Assembly: GCA_045603825.1 (NCBI GenBank)
Contig: JAZUMW010000121.1
Location: forward strand, 19,136-83,135
DNA length: 64,000 bases
Source: Faecousia sp.
GTDB lineage: Bacteria; Bacillota; Clostridia; Oscillospirales; Oscillospiraceae
Direction: 5' to 3'
Made by a program: the position numbers and the translations under genes. Below are positions 27,790 through 37,255 of the stretch, piece after piece. Within the stretch, counting starts at the first letter, position 1, and every line of letters begins with the position of its first letter. The notes under the pieces were generated by a model. That model did not search any database. It had not been told where the DNA came from and saw only the letters and a program-made list of their open reading frames with translations.

Positions 27790-27818
27790 TTGACTTTTAC
27801 CTTTTGTAGTGATATAGT
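27790..27818 (+). promoter_or_regulatory. Sigma-A promoter of tRNA-Ser(TGA)
   Basis: TTGACT-17-TATAGT with TG extension. Confidence 0.75.
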
Positions 27819-27829
27819 CTTGTGCACAA

Positions 27830-27918
27830 GGAGAGTTGTCCGAGCGGTTTAAGGAGCCAGTCTTGAAAACTGGTGATGGGGTGACCCACCGTGAGTTCGA
27901 ATCTCACACTCTCCGCCA
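27830..27918 (+). tRNA. tRNA-Ser(TGA)
   Basis: Acceptor GGAGAGT/ACTCTCC, anticodon arm CCAGT-CTTGAAA-ACTGG, long variable arm, TTCGA, GCCA end. Confidence 0.96.
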
Positions 27919-28078
27919 AATAACAAATCCACCCTTTGTGGGTGGATTTGTTATTTTATGGGTGTGGGATTTATAATCAAATGCGGCGTGGGTGAGCGCT
28001 GCCGGCGACAACTCGACGGAACCGTACATTTATTTTCGTCATTGACGAAAATACAAACGAAGCTCATACTCTCCGCCA
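27919..28078 (+). repeat. tRNA-Ser-linked structured element ending in a copy of the tRNA 3' end
   Basis: 28058-28078 matches 27898-27918 at 19/21; inverted copy 27960-27972; terminator 27919-27957. Confidence 0.8.
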
Positions 28079-28112
28079 AAAAAGCCCATGCTTTTTAAGC
28101 ATGGGCTTTTTA
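28079..28112. terminator. Bidirectional terminator
   Basis: AAAAAGCCCATGCTT..AAGCATGGGCTTTTT. Confidence 0.85.
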
Positions 28113-28119
28113 ATGTGCT

Positions 28120-30075
28120 TTATATTGCGTTTTGGAGCGTTGTTTTCTTGCGGATCGCCAGCTGCAGCACCAGCACAACAGCCACAAGTCCGAGACCGAT
28201 GGAATCCGTCACGATACCGGGGTAGATCAGACACAAGCCGCCAACAGCGCTTAGAATCCGCTGATACCAGGGCATATCGTGGAGGAAGTAGCCCTGCAGG
28301 GACGCAGACACCGCAAAGATACCCACCAAGGAGGTAATACAGATCAAAATCACTTCCCAAGCGGTGGTGTCAATGAACAGCATGGCAGGATTCAACGCAA
28401 AGACATAGGGAACGATGAACGCACCAATGGCCAGCTTGGTGGCGGTAAAGGCGGTCTTCATGGGGTTAGCCTGGGCGATGGCCGCACCGGCATAAGCTGC
28501 CAGAGCAACGGGAGGGGTCAGGTCGGCCACGATGCCGAAGTAGAACACAAAGAAGTGGGCTGCAATGGCAGGAACGCCCATCCGCACCAGAATGGGAGCG
28601 CAGGTGGCGGCCATAATGCAGTAGTTGGCAGTTGTGGGAACGCCCATACCCAGAACGATGCAACAGATCATGGTCAAAAACAGTGCGATAATGACCTGAT
28701 TACCGGCAAGGGCAACGATACCGTTGATGATCATGTTGGCAAGACCTGTCATGGTAATGGTGCCGGCGATAATACCTGCAACACCGCAGGCAGCCGCAAC
28801 GGTGATCATACCCTGTCCACCGGCTGCAAGCGCTTCCCAAATTTTTTTGGGGGTAATGCGATTTTCCTTATTGAACAGACCTACAACAATTACAGCAACA
28901 ATAGCGATGGCTGCAGCATACTGAATGGAGCGCTGGCTTGTACCAACCAGGTAGATCAGCAGAATCAGCGGCAGCAGCAAATAGCTCTGCTTCAGCAGGG
29001 GCAGAAAACGGGGCAGCTCATCCTTGGTAAGGCCCCGCAGGCCTTCTTTTTTGGCCTCCAGGTGGACTGCAATAAACACACCTGCAAAATACAGCACCGC
29101 GGGCAGGATTGCGCGAACCACGATATTGCTGTAGGGCACGCTTACATTTTCTGCCATTAGGAATGCTGCCGCACCCATGATGGGCGGCATGATCTGTCCA
29201 CCGGTGGAAGCAGACGCTTCGGCAGCGGCGGCAAACTCCGGCTTATAGCCGGTTTTTTTCATCAGAGGAATGGTAACAGAACCGGAGCCGACAGTATTGG
29301 CAACGGAAGAACCGGAGACCATACCCTCCATAGCACTGACAACAACAGCTACTTTTGCAGGACCACCGGAAAAACGGCCGACAGCTGCATTGGAGATGTT
29401 GATGAAGAAGTCCGCGATACCGCTGCGCTCCAGAAACGCACCAAAAATAATAAAGACAACAATGAATTTGGAGCATACATTAATGGGCGTGGAAATAATA
29501 CCCTCTTTGCTGTAGAACAGGTAGTGCACCATGTAATTCAGCCGACCCCACAGGGTAGGATTGGACAAGCCCCAGATCAATGCATAGACAATGAGCGCAC
29601 CAGCAATGATCAGAATAGGCAGACCCACGCTGCGACGGCAGAGCTCCGCCAAAGAAAGGATGCCGATCATGCCGATGATAATCTGATACCACTCGAATTT
29701 ACTGCCCTGCTGAATAATGGTATAGGCATTGATGGTGAAATACAAAAAAGCGCATGTACCCAAAATCATCAAAACATAGTCATACCAGGGGATGTGATTG
29801 ACCTTTTGGTGGCCTTTATGCGCTGGGAATACCAGATAGCCGATCATCACGATAAATCCCATAAATGTTGTCAGCCGAATCTCTTCCAGCCAACTTGTAA
29901 ACAGTGTCACACAAATGCAGAACAAAGAAAACGCTGCCAGGATGCAAGTAACCACAATTTTGGGCGTTCCTTCCCAAACACGGGTATTGGATTCCCGGTC
30001 ATATTTTTTCATAACAGCGTCAAGATCCATGGGTTCTTGGGTTTCTGTGACATTCTTTTTCTTGAGCAGCGCCAT
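28120..30075 (-). CDS. TRAP transporter fused 4TM/12TM permease (TAXI type)
   Basis: GGPAKVAV, SGSSVAN, ASTGGQIMPPIMGAAAF, LGMGVPTTANY, TPPVALAAY. Confidence 0.93.
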   Translation of the reverse strand: MALLKKKNVTETQEPMDLDAVMKKYDRESNTRVWEGTPKIVVTCILAAFSLFCICVTLFTSWLEEIRLTTFMGFIVMIGYLVFPAHKGHQKVNHIPWYDYVLMILGTCAFLYFTINAYTIIQQGSKFEWYQIIIGMIGILSLAELCRRSVGLPILIIAGALIVYALIWGLSNPTLWGRLNYMVHYLFYSKEGIISTPINVCSKFIVVFIIFGAFLERSGIADFFINISNAAVGRFSGGPAKVAVVVSAMEGMVSGSSVANTVGSGSVTIPLMKKTGYKPEFAAAAEASASTGGQIMPPIMGAAAFLMAENVSVPYSNIVVRAILPAVLYFAGVFIAVHLEAKKEGLRGLTKDELPRFLPLLKQSYLLLPLILLIYLVGTSQRSIQYAAAIAIVAVIVVGLFNKENRITPKKIWEALAAGGQGMITVAAACGVAGIIAGTITMTGLANMIINGIVALAGNQVIIALFLTMICCIVLGMGVPTTANYCIMAATCAPILVRMGVPAIAAHFFVFYFGIVADLTPPVALAAYAGAAIAQANPMKTAFTATKLAIGAFIVPYVFALNPAMLFIDTTAWEVILICITSLVGIFAVSASLQGYFLHDMPWYQRILSAVGGLCLIYPGIVTDSIGLGLVAVVLVLQLAIRKKTTLQNAI

Positions 30076-30151
30076 TATGTACCTCCTTTTATAAAATGCT
30101 GAAATGGCTGGGGCGAAATTTCGCCGCAGCCTGGAAAAGCCTACTCCAAAA

Positions 30152-31111
30152 TCAGTCGGTCTCTACTTCGACACCCTGCTCAGCAAAGTACTTGGCAGCA
30201 CCTGCATGGAAAGGAGCAGTCATACCGCTGGTCGCATTTTCGATGCTCAGTTCAGCACCCTTGCCATGCTCAGCAGTAATGGCTTCAATGTTGTCAAAGA
30301 TAGCCGCGGTCAGTTTGTAGACATCCTCCTCGGAGGCATCTGCGCTTACGATCAGAGTTGCTTTAACGGTAACAGTCTGAACATCCTCGGTCTGGCCTTC
30401 ATAAGTACCGGCGGGAATGTTGTAGGTTGTGTAGAAGGGGCAATCTGCCATCAGCTTGGCGGCAACATCGCCGTCGATGGGAACCAGGTATGCAGCATTG
30501 GTGGTGCACAGTTCGGTGATTGCGGGAGTGGGAGCACCGGCAACAATAAATGCAGCATCGATCTTGCCGTCCTTCAGAGCATCAGTGGAATCGGCGAAGC
30601 TCTGATACTGAGCCTTGATGTCGTTTTCGGTCAGACCGGCAGCATTCAGAACATCAACTGCGTTGAAGTAAACGCCGGAGCCAGGAGCGCCGATGGAAAC
30701 AGACTTGCCCTTCAGGTCGGCAACGCTCTTGATCTCGGGATCCATAGTAATCAGCTGAACAGCCTCAGCATACAAGCCAGCAACAACACGGAAGGAATCA
30801 ATTTTGCCGTCCTCTTCGAAGGAACGGGTGCCTTCCCAAGCGTAAGCCATAACGTCGGACTGCACCAGACCCAGCTGATAGTTACCGGCATCGATGCCCT
30901 GTATGTTTGCCTTGGAACCATCGGTAGAGACAACGGTAACATTGATGCCGGCATTGTTCATAATATACTGGCCCAGCACACCGCCGTAGCCATAATAAGT
31001 ACCGGAAGTACCGCCGGTGCCCATAGTCATCTTGGAGGCGGAAGCATTACCGCAGGCAACAAGTGCAACAGCCATTGCCAATACTAAAATGATGGAAATA
31101 AGCTTCTTCAT
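30152..31111 (-). CDS. TAXI-family TRAP substrate-binding lipoprotein
   Basis: LVAC lipobox; GTGGTSGTYY, GS.AN, LYAE, GAPGSG, PFHAGA..YF. Confidence 0.92.
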   Translation of the reverse strand: MKKLISIILVLAMAVALVACGNASASKMTMGTGGTSGTYYGYGGVLGQYIMNNAGINVTVVSTDGSKANIQGIDAGNYQLGLVQSDVMAYAWEGTRSFEEDGKIDSFRVVAGLYAEAVQLITMDPEIKSVADLKGKSVSIGAPGSGVYFNAVDVLNAAGLTENDIKAQYQSFADSTDALKDGKIDAAFIVAGAPTPAITELCTTNAAYLVPIDGDVAAKLMADCPFYTTYNIPAGTYEGQTEDVQTVTVKATLIVSADASEEDVYKLTAAIFDNIEAITAEHGKGAELSIENATSGMTAPFHAGAAKYFAEQGVEVETD

Positions 31112-31454
31112 AATTCTTCTCCTTTTCAATTTAAATTTATAAAGTGATTATACATGATTTAGATACAAGTTGCAAGAGCAAAATGTATGAACTTTTCTTT
31201 TCTGTGCAATATATACACTTAACCGAAAATTTTGCAGGTGTTTTCGTACAGATTTAATACTCTTTTTTGTCTTTGTCCCAAGAACAATGATCCGTGTCAG
31301 AAAATACGATGAGATTTTAAATTCAAAAAGTGCCCTTTACTGTACCCTTTGCAGGAATTGTTGCGCCGTTTACTGATTGATCAGCTTTCATAAAAATGTA
31401 TTATTTGCATTTTTATACATTTATTCCGTATTTTTTACGCATGCGCTTTTCTTC

Positions 31455-31483
31455 TTGACAAATAATAACTACTGTGCTAAAAT
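31455..31483 (+). promoter_or_regulatory. Sigma-A promoter of tRNA-Ser(GCT)
   Basis: TTGACA-17-TAAAAT with TG extension. Confidence 0.75.
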
Positions 31484-31513
31484 ACTTTGGCGTAACCAAA
31501 TATCATTTTATTT

Positions 31514-31605
31514 GGAGTGATACCCAAGTGGCCGAAGGGGCTCCCCTGCTAAGGGAGTAGGCGTCTAAAAAGCGCGCGAGGGTTCAAATCCCTCTCACTC
31601 CGCCA
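31514..31605 (+). tRNA. tRNA-Ser(GCT)
   Basis: Acceptor GGAGTGA/TCACTCC, anticodon arm CTCCC-CTGCTAA-GGGAG, long variable arm, TTCAA, GCCA. Confidence 0.95.
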
Positions 31606-31609
31606 AAAG

Positions 31610-31645
31610 AAAATCCCGACATTTGTTTAGAATGTCGGGATTTTT
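31610..31645. terminator. Terminator after tRNA-Ser(GCT)
   Basis: AAAATCCCGACATT..AATGTCGGGATTTT. Confidence 0.85.
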
Positions 31646-31700
31646 GTGTTTTGTCACAAATTCCTATACTACCGCCCCTGTATTATAAAGTCGCGTTTTT

Positions 31701-34700
31701 TTACTGATCTTCCTCTTCCTTTTTACGGGACTTAAACAGGGACAGTGCAGAGATGCCGAAACCTACCGCGCCAGCTGCTGCTATGGTGCCCGTGCCGAAC
31801 AGATTGGTAAAATCACCGGTCTTGGGATTGTCCACGTGGGTGTTGGTAATGGTGAAGCTGTTGCCATTACGACGAACGGTCTTGTTATAACCGCTGGGGA
31901 CGGAAGGCTCATCCACTGTCCACACAAACGCATCGGTCAGGTTTTCCCAGGTGTAGCTCCAGCTGTTGGCGGCACTCAGCGTGACGGTATCGTACGCGAT
32001 ACCATCCCGGTACAGGGTCACCTTAACAGAGGTAGGATGTACCACGCCCGCGCCGTACCATACCTTCTCTACATTTACCACAACCGTCCTAATGGCGGTA
32101 TTCTCAATGGCATAGATATAGTCAATTCCGTTGGAGCTGTTTCCGTTGACGCCGGCAACACGGATGTGCATCTGGATCTCCGTCACCGCGTCCGCAGTGC
32201 CCGCATTCTTAACGACTGTCTTTTCCTCCGCGGTTACAACATAGACCGCAGGATTCGGGTTGTAGCCCGCAGGTGCGGTGGTTTCCACCAGGTAGTATGT
32301 TCCGGCAGCTTCGACAGGCAGCACCAGCTTTCCGTTTTCGTCGCTGAACACTTCCTCGCCGACCTTGGCAGTCAGATCCGCATCTGCATAGAAGGTGAAG
32401 CCCGCGTCGGAAATAACTTTGGCGTTATCATCAGCGTCAATCTTCAGAAGATTCAGGCCCGTATTGTGGGTGGTGTATTTGTAGGTATTTCTAACGATGA
32501 TCCGATTCTCATACTCCCAAATCAGGCCGTTGGCTTCATCAATAATAGCACTGGTGTAGGCTGCACCGGTGGTATTTTCGGTCAGGGTGTAGGTGGTTCC
32601 CCAGGGGATGTTCTGGATCTCTATGTTTTCACCGGCCTTCAAGGTGAAGGTCTTGTCAAAGGTATCATCGCTGAAATCCAGTGTAAAGGAATATGCCGCA
32701 TCCGCATACAGACCACCGGGATCGATGACTTCCTTCGTAATATACAGGCTTCCTCTCTTGCGTATATTCTGAACGGTCAGGACACCGTCCTCAAAGATTC
32801 CTGCACTGACATTGCCAACAATCCAATCCCAGAAGCCTTCAAAGATATTCTTATTCTCATTCAGGGTCCAGCGAATCTGTCCGTTATCCTCCTTGACTGT
32901 AACAGTCCAGGTAGTGTTGGTAGGTTCATAGCCGTCCGGCGCTTTGACTTCAGAAAGAATATAGGTTCCATCAATGGGCTCTCCGTTCTGAATGAGACCG
33001 GTCAGCAGATTGAATATTACTGTGCCATCCGCTCCCGTGGTAAAGGACATGGAAGCAAGAATGGTGTTTCCATCCATACGGTCCATCTGGAACACCGCGC
33101 CAGCCAGAGGCTCGTTGTATTCGCCAACCTTCTTTACGGTCAGGGATGCGGGATTCTCGTAGATCTCCTCATTGCGGGTATAGCTGTTGGTAACGGTGGC
33201 TACGCCGTTAATTTCCGTTCCGGGAATGGTCAAGCCGGGATTACTCTCTGAAAGAGTCACAGCAGTGCTGCTATAAGAAACTGCCCAAGTGTACCCAGGG
33301 ACATTGGCATTCAGCTCGGTGATGGTATACTCACCAAGATGCAGATCCATCAAGGTCACAGACCAACTGTTGCTGTTATTCAGCTCAACAGTCCGGCTGT
33401 ATCCGTTAGGGCCGCCGATCTGAACATGAATGCCGGTCAAACCCTCGGGAATCAGACCATTTTCAAATGTCTTGGTGACGGTAAGTTCACCCAGCACCGG
33501 ATAATTCACCACGGTGAGCAGGTCAGTCGCGATATTGAACCCAGAGCTTCTGCCAGCTACCAGGGTTATCTCGGGTTCATAGGTGGTCTTGCCGTTGGCG
33601 GTAACTGCCGTGATCACGACCCTGTATACCTGATCGCTCAAATAATACCCTACAGGTGCTTTTGTTTCTCTCAGGTAGAAGGTCGCAGCGGTCTGCCCCT
33701 CCGGTACGGTAAAGCCGTCGAAGTGCGCATAGCCGTCAGCGCCGGTGATCTTAGTCATGACCTTATTGTTGCCTGCTTCATCTGTGGAAAGAGTGAACAC
33801 CGCGCCTGCCAGGGCATTGCCATTTTCATCAATCTTCCTGATGTAGAAGTCAGCGGCAGTCCACTCCTTATAGGTGTTGTTTATGGACAGACTAATGGCA
33901 GTTTCATTCTCCACCTTGAAGATGCCGGAGGTAATGCCATTATATTCAATGGTCTGCAAATCACCATAGGTCACATCGGTCCAAGTATAACCGTGGACAG
34001 AGGCAAAGCTTTCGTGGATCAGATATTCGCCCAGAGGCAGTTCACCCAAAGAAGCGCTCCAGCCATTCCCGCTGTCCAGCTCCAGCTGCCAGGTGGAGCC
34101 AATGTCGGTAATATTGCCGGCATCGTCACGGGTAATAGGTCCATGGACGATTACGATTGCGTTCACTTTGCTCTTATCCGCATTATCCATGCCGGTGATG
34201 GTCTTGCTTAAATTCAGGTTGCCTAGCACAGGCGCATTGTAGATATGCAGACGGGTGTAGTCTGCAGTTTTCTGATAGGAAGCAGTAGAATTTTCTGGCA
34301 GCGTTACGGAAACGCTGTAGTAGGTCACCTGCACATATTCGCCGTTTCTCAGCTCCTGTACAGACTCGGAAGCGGTCAGAGTCACGGGGTATACGCAGGG
34401 GTCTGCATGATAGCCTGCCAGAGGTGCGGTCTCCTTCAGATAGTAAGTGTCGGGCGTCACATTCTCGATACCGCCGAATTCCAGATAAGCCAGGCCGCCG
34501 TTGGCAGTAGTGACAGTCGCGACAGCGGTTGTACCGGCAGCATCGCTGTACAGGGTAAAACCAACGCCATCCTGTGCAAGTCCGGTATCTGTGGCAGACT
34601 TTAAGAGGGTCAGCGTGGGATATACATGAACAGCCTGCCCTACTTTCTTGGTATAGGAATTGGTGTAGGTCACGGTGCCCAGGTGGATGTTCTCGCCCTG

Positions 34701-36422
34701 ATATACCGGGTTCATGGTAACGGTGACAGAATCACCGTTACCTGTATAGCCTTCAATGTAATTACCGGAAACCGAAATGGTGGTAATTCGGGTATAGCCG
34801 GGAACATCAGCATTGTATTCTGTAAACAGGAAGGGGGTGTCATATTGGTAAACAGGGATCTTGTATTCGCCGGTGGCGGCTATCATGGGGTAATCCACAT
34901 CTATGGTTGTATATCCGTCGCTGTCGCCGTCGTAGCCGGTATCAATGCGGAACCACAGATCCTTCGCGCTTTCCATAGTCATTTCCACACCGTCCACGAT
35001 GAATACCTTCTCAATGGCAATATGGGCAGAGGACGGGGTCAGCTCTGTTACGGTCCAGTAGCCGTAGATATAGGTATCTGCTGTGATCTTAACGGTGGGG
35101 TTATTGGCATCACTGGCATCGCCGTCGTCCAGGGAATAATAGCCGGTAGAGGGCACCGGGTTATAGGTAGACGAATGGCTGTAGGTGTCCCAGCCATGGA
35201 ATGTATAAAGAAGGCCGGCATCGTAGTCATAGAAAGAAGTGCCGGTAACATACTCCGCATCGTACACATACTGCTCATCCTCGGCATGACCGTTGGTGGT
35301 AGCAGGTTCGTTAGGTGCACCGGCAGGTAGTTCGGTATAACTGCCGTCGGTATTGTAGACCTTCCATTCGTAGGACACGGAATAATATTGGATCTCTTCC
35401 TCGATGTCTTCCACCGTTACACGGAAGTCCAGACCCTGAACCATATCGCAGATAGCAATAGCATCGATGAATTTATCCACATTGTTTACACTGTCATAGG
35501 TAATCTGTACATCCTCCAGCACATGCTTCTGACCTTTGGCATCAGTATAGGTCAGGTCCAGCACAAGTTCAATGGTAATCACGCTGGCCTTGCTCAAAGA
35601 CAAACCTGTCTTACGCCACTCATAGGTGGTGGTGCCGGACCAGGTCTGGCTTGCAACAGTACCGCCGCCCACCTTCACCACAACACTGGGATTGGAAACG
35701 GTCGCTGTATAGACCTGGCTGCCCACATGAATCACATAGGATCCAGCCACACGCACGTCCACATGGTCAAAGGATGATGCGTTGTAGAACAGGGAAGTTG
35801 CGTACTGATAAACATTGGCGCTGCTGTTACTCACATTGGTGCTTCTCATAGAAACCGTGGCAGTGGTTTCACCCTCGCTGACAGTGACGCTGCCTGTAGC
35901 AAAGCTGCTGTTATTGCCCCCTCCACCGCTGGAGCCTTTGTTCCCGTAATATACCGTGTAGGTGCCGGGTTCAAAGGATGCATCGGTACCATCCGTATTC
36001 TGGACAGTACCATCGCTGGCAACATAGTACAGGCTGCCGTTGATAACAACATATTTGCTCCGATAGGCTCTGCCGGAAACGGTGATTGTGGTTCCCCCGG
36101 CATACAGCGCAGTACCATAGCATTCTCCTTCATGGCCCTCCATACCTTCACAACCTTCTGTAAGGGCACAGGGGATCCAGACGAAGCACTCGCCGCCGTT
36201 TTCCTGGTGTTCTTCCTCGCCAACCAGAATACAGCCTTCCTCGCAAATTCTTTCAGCGGGAGTTTCCTCCTCAGCGAGAGTTTCCTCCTCGACAGATGCT
36301 TCTGCCATTAGAGTGATCTCAGTACCGGTATTTTCAGATTCTGTCTCACTGGCAAAAACCTGCTGGGGCAGCATGGTAAAAATCATTACCAGCACCAGCA
36401 ATACACTCAGTAGTTTTCTCAT
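31701..36422 (-). CDS. Large sortase-anchored adhesin with SpaA/CnaB-type Ig-like repeats
   Basis: Signal peptide; several LAGAVF/Y.L.ET.AP.GY E-box domains; KVW..CnaB-like last domain; NPKTG + hydrophobic + basic tail. Confidence 0.9.
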   Translation of the reverse strand: MRKLLSVLLVLVMIFTMLPQQVFASETESENTGTEITLMAEASVEEETLAEEETPAERICEEGCILVGEEEHQENGGECFVWIPCALTEGCEGMEGHEGECYGTALYAGGTTITVSGRAYRSKYVVINGSLYYVASDGTVQNTDGTDASFEPGTYTVYYGNKGSSGGGGNNSSFATGSVTVSEGETTATVSMRSTNVSNSSANVYQYATSLFYNASSFDHVDVRVAGSYVIHVGSQVYTATVSNPSVVVKVGGGTVASQTWSGTTTYEWRKTGLSLSKASVITIELVLDLTYTDAKGQKHVLEDVQITYDSVNNVDKFIDAIAICDMVQGLDFRVTVEDIEEEIQYYSVSYEWKVYNTDGSYTELPAGAPNEPATTNGHAEDEQYVYDAEYVTGTSFYDYDAGLLYTFHGWDTYSHSSTYNPVPSTGYYSLDDGDASDANNPTVKITADTYIYGYWTVTELTPSSAHIAIEKVFIVDGVEMTMESAKDLWFRIDTGYDGDSDGYTTIDVDYPMIAATGEYKIPVYQYDTPFLFTEYNADVPGYTRITTISVSGNYIEGYTGNGDSVTVTMNPVYQGENIHLGTVTYTNSYTKKVGQAVHVYPTLTLLKSATDTGLAQDGVGFTLYSDAAGTTAVATVTTANGGLAYLEFGGIENVTPDTYYLKETAPLAGYHADPCVYPVTLTASESVQELRNGEYVQVTYYSVSVTLPENSTASYQKTADYTRLHIYNAPVLGNLNLSKTITGMDNADKSKVNAIVIVHGPITRDDAGNITDIGSTWQLELDSGNGWSASLGELPLGEYLIHESFASVHGYTWTDVTYGDLQTIEYNGITSGIFKVENETAISLSINNTYKEWTAADFYIRKIDENGNALAGAVFTLSTDEAGNNKVMTKITGADGYAHFDGFTVPEGQTAATFYLRETKAPVGYYLSDQVYRVVITAVTANGKTTYEPEITLVAGRSSGFNIATDLLTVVNYPVLGELTVTKTFENGLIPEGLTGIHVQIGGPNGYSRTVELNNSNSWSVTLMDLHLGEYTITELNANVPGYTWAVSYSSTAVTLSESNPGLTIPGTEINGVATVTNSYTRNEEIYENPASLTVKKVGEYNEPLAGAVFQMDRMDGNTILASMSFTTGADGTVIFNLLTGLIQNGEPIDGTYILSEVKAPDGYEPTNTTWTVTVKEDNGQIRWTLNENKNIFEGFWDWIVGNVSAGIFEDGVLTVQNIRKRGSLYITKEVIDPGGLYADAAYSFTLDFSDDTFDKTFTLKAGENIEIQNIPWGTTYTLTENTTGAAYTSAIIDEANGLIWEYENRIIVRNTYKYTTHNTGLNLLKIDADDNAKVISDAGFTFYADADLTAKVGEEVFSDENGKLVLPVEAAGTYYLVETTAPAGYNPNPAVYVVTAEEKTVVKNAGTADAVTEIQMHIRVAGVNGNSSNGIDYIYAIENTAIRTVVVNVEKVWYGAGVVHPTSVKVTLYRDGIAYDTVTLSAANSWSYTWENLTDAFVWTVDEPSVPSGYNKTVRRNGNSFTITNTHVDNPKTGDFTNLFGTGTIAAAGAVGFGISALSLFKSRKKEEEDQ

Positions 36423-36448
36423 CCAGTTATCCTCCTTTACAAGGTTAT

Positions 36449-37255
36449 TTATGGTTTCAGAATACCCACCAACACGAACCGGGCGTCATTGTACTCATAT
36501 GTACAGGTAGAGAGTGTGACTACCCGGTCCTGCGCCGCAGGTTCGACAATGCTGGTGAACAATGATTTAGAAATCGCGTCATTCAGCCATTGGGCATATT
36601 CTTCGTCTGATTCAAATTCCATTTTCCATGCCTGGTCGTTCATATCAGTGATATACCCTGCAAAAAACTCCAGCCTGTAGTTTCCGTTAGGGGTCATGAT
36701 CAGGCAAACAGGATGTTCATCATAAAAGGTTTGGTCCTTATACTTTGTTATCTGGTTAAACATCGAACCATTATTCATGTGGTGTCCATATAAAATACTA
36801 TTGTAGTCAGACAGGTCATTTTCGTTGCGGTAGTCCAGAAAAATGGTGCCGGCATCATTGTATGTCCCATCCAGCAGGTACTTCAGATAGTATTCGTTAT
36901 CTGTCCCCTGAACGACCGGATAATTGATATTTGTACCTTCAATGTAGATCCAGGCAACCACATCCGGATTGATTGCAAGCAGGGCATCAAAATCCACTAC
37001 AGGCCAGACGCTGTTATCCATTTCCGCTGCCGGAACTGCTTCATCTTGTGGCAATTCCTGTTTTGCGTGTACTTCATTTGGCTGCGTTGATTCTATTGCG
37101 GACAATGTTTCCAGATGAACATATTGTGCCAGTTCTTTATAAGTCTTTTCTCCCACCCGGTACTCATTCCATTCCAGGTATAGCCGGCCGCCAAAGTATC
37201 CGGTCATGCCCAGGAACAGAAGGCACAGCAGGATCAGCGGTATTTTCCGTTTCAT
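36449..37255 (-). CDS. srtB: Class B sortase
   Basis: INPDVVAWI, INYPVVQG.DN.YYL, YGHHM...SMF, TLSTC, R. Confidence 0.93.
   Translation of the reverse strand: MKRKIPLILLCLLFLGMTGYFGGRLYLEWNEYRVGEKTYKELAQYVHLETLSAIESTQPNEVHAKQELPQDEAVPAAEMDNSVWPVVDFDALLAINPDVVAWIYIEGTNINYPVVQGTDNEYYLKYLLDGTYNDAGTIFLDYRNENDLSDYNSILYGHHMNNGSMFNQITKYKDQTFYDEHPVCLIMTPNGNYRLEFFAGYITDMNDQAWKMEFESDEEYAQWLNDAISKSLFTSIVEPAAQDRVVTLSTCTYEYNDARFVLVGILKP

Noticed and set aside
28058-28078. tRNA 3' duplicate as attR of a prophage or ICE
   Set aside because: Only 160 bp from the tRNA end, with no integrase or cargo; treated as a mini-element instead
28064-28360. Short ORFs overlapping the TRAP 3' end and the tRNA element
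   Set aside because: Alternate frames crossing a terminator; no RBS or motif support
31836-35777. Several long plus-strand ORFs opposite the adhesin
   Set aside because: Shadow frames of the 1573-aa gene
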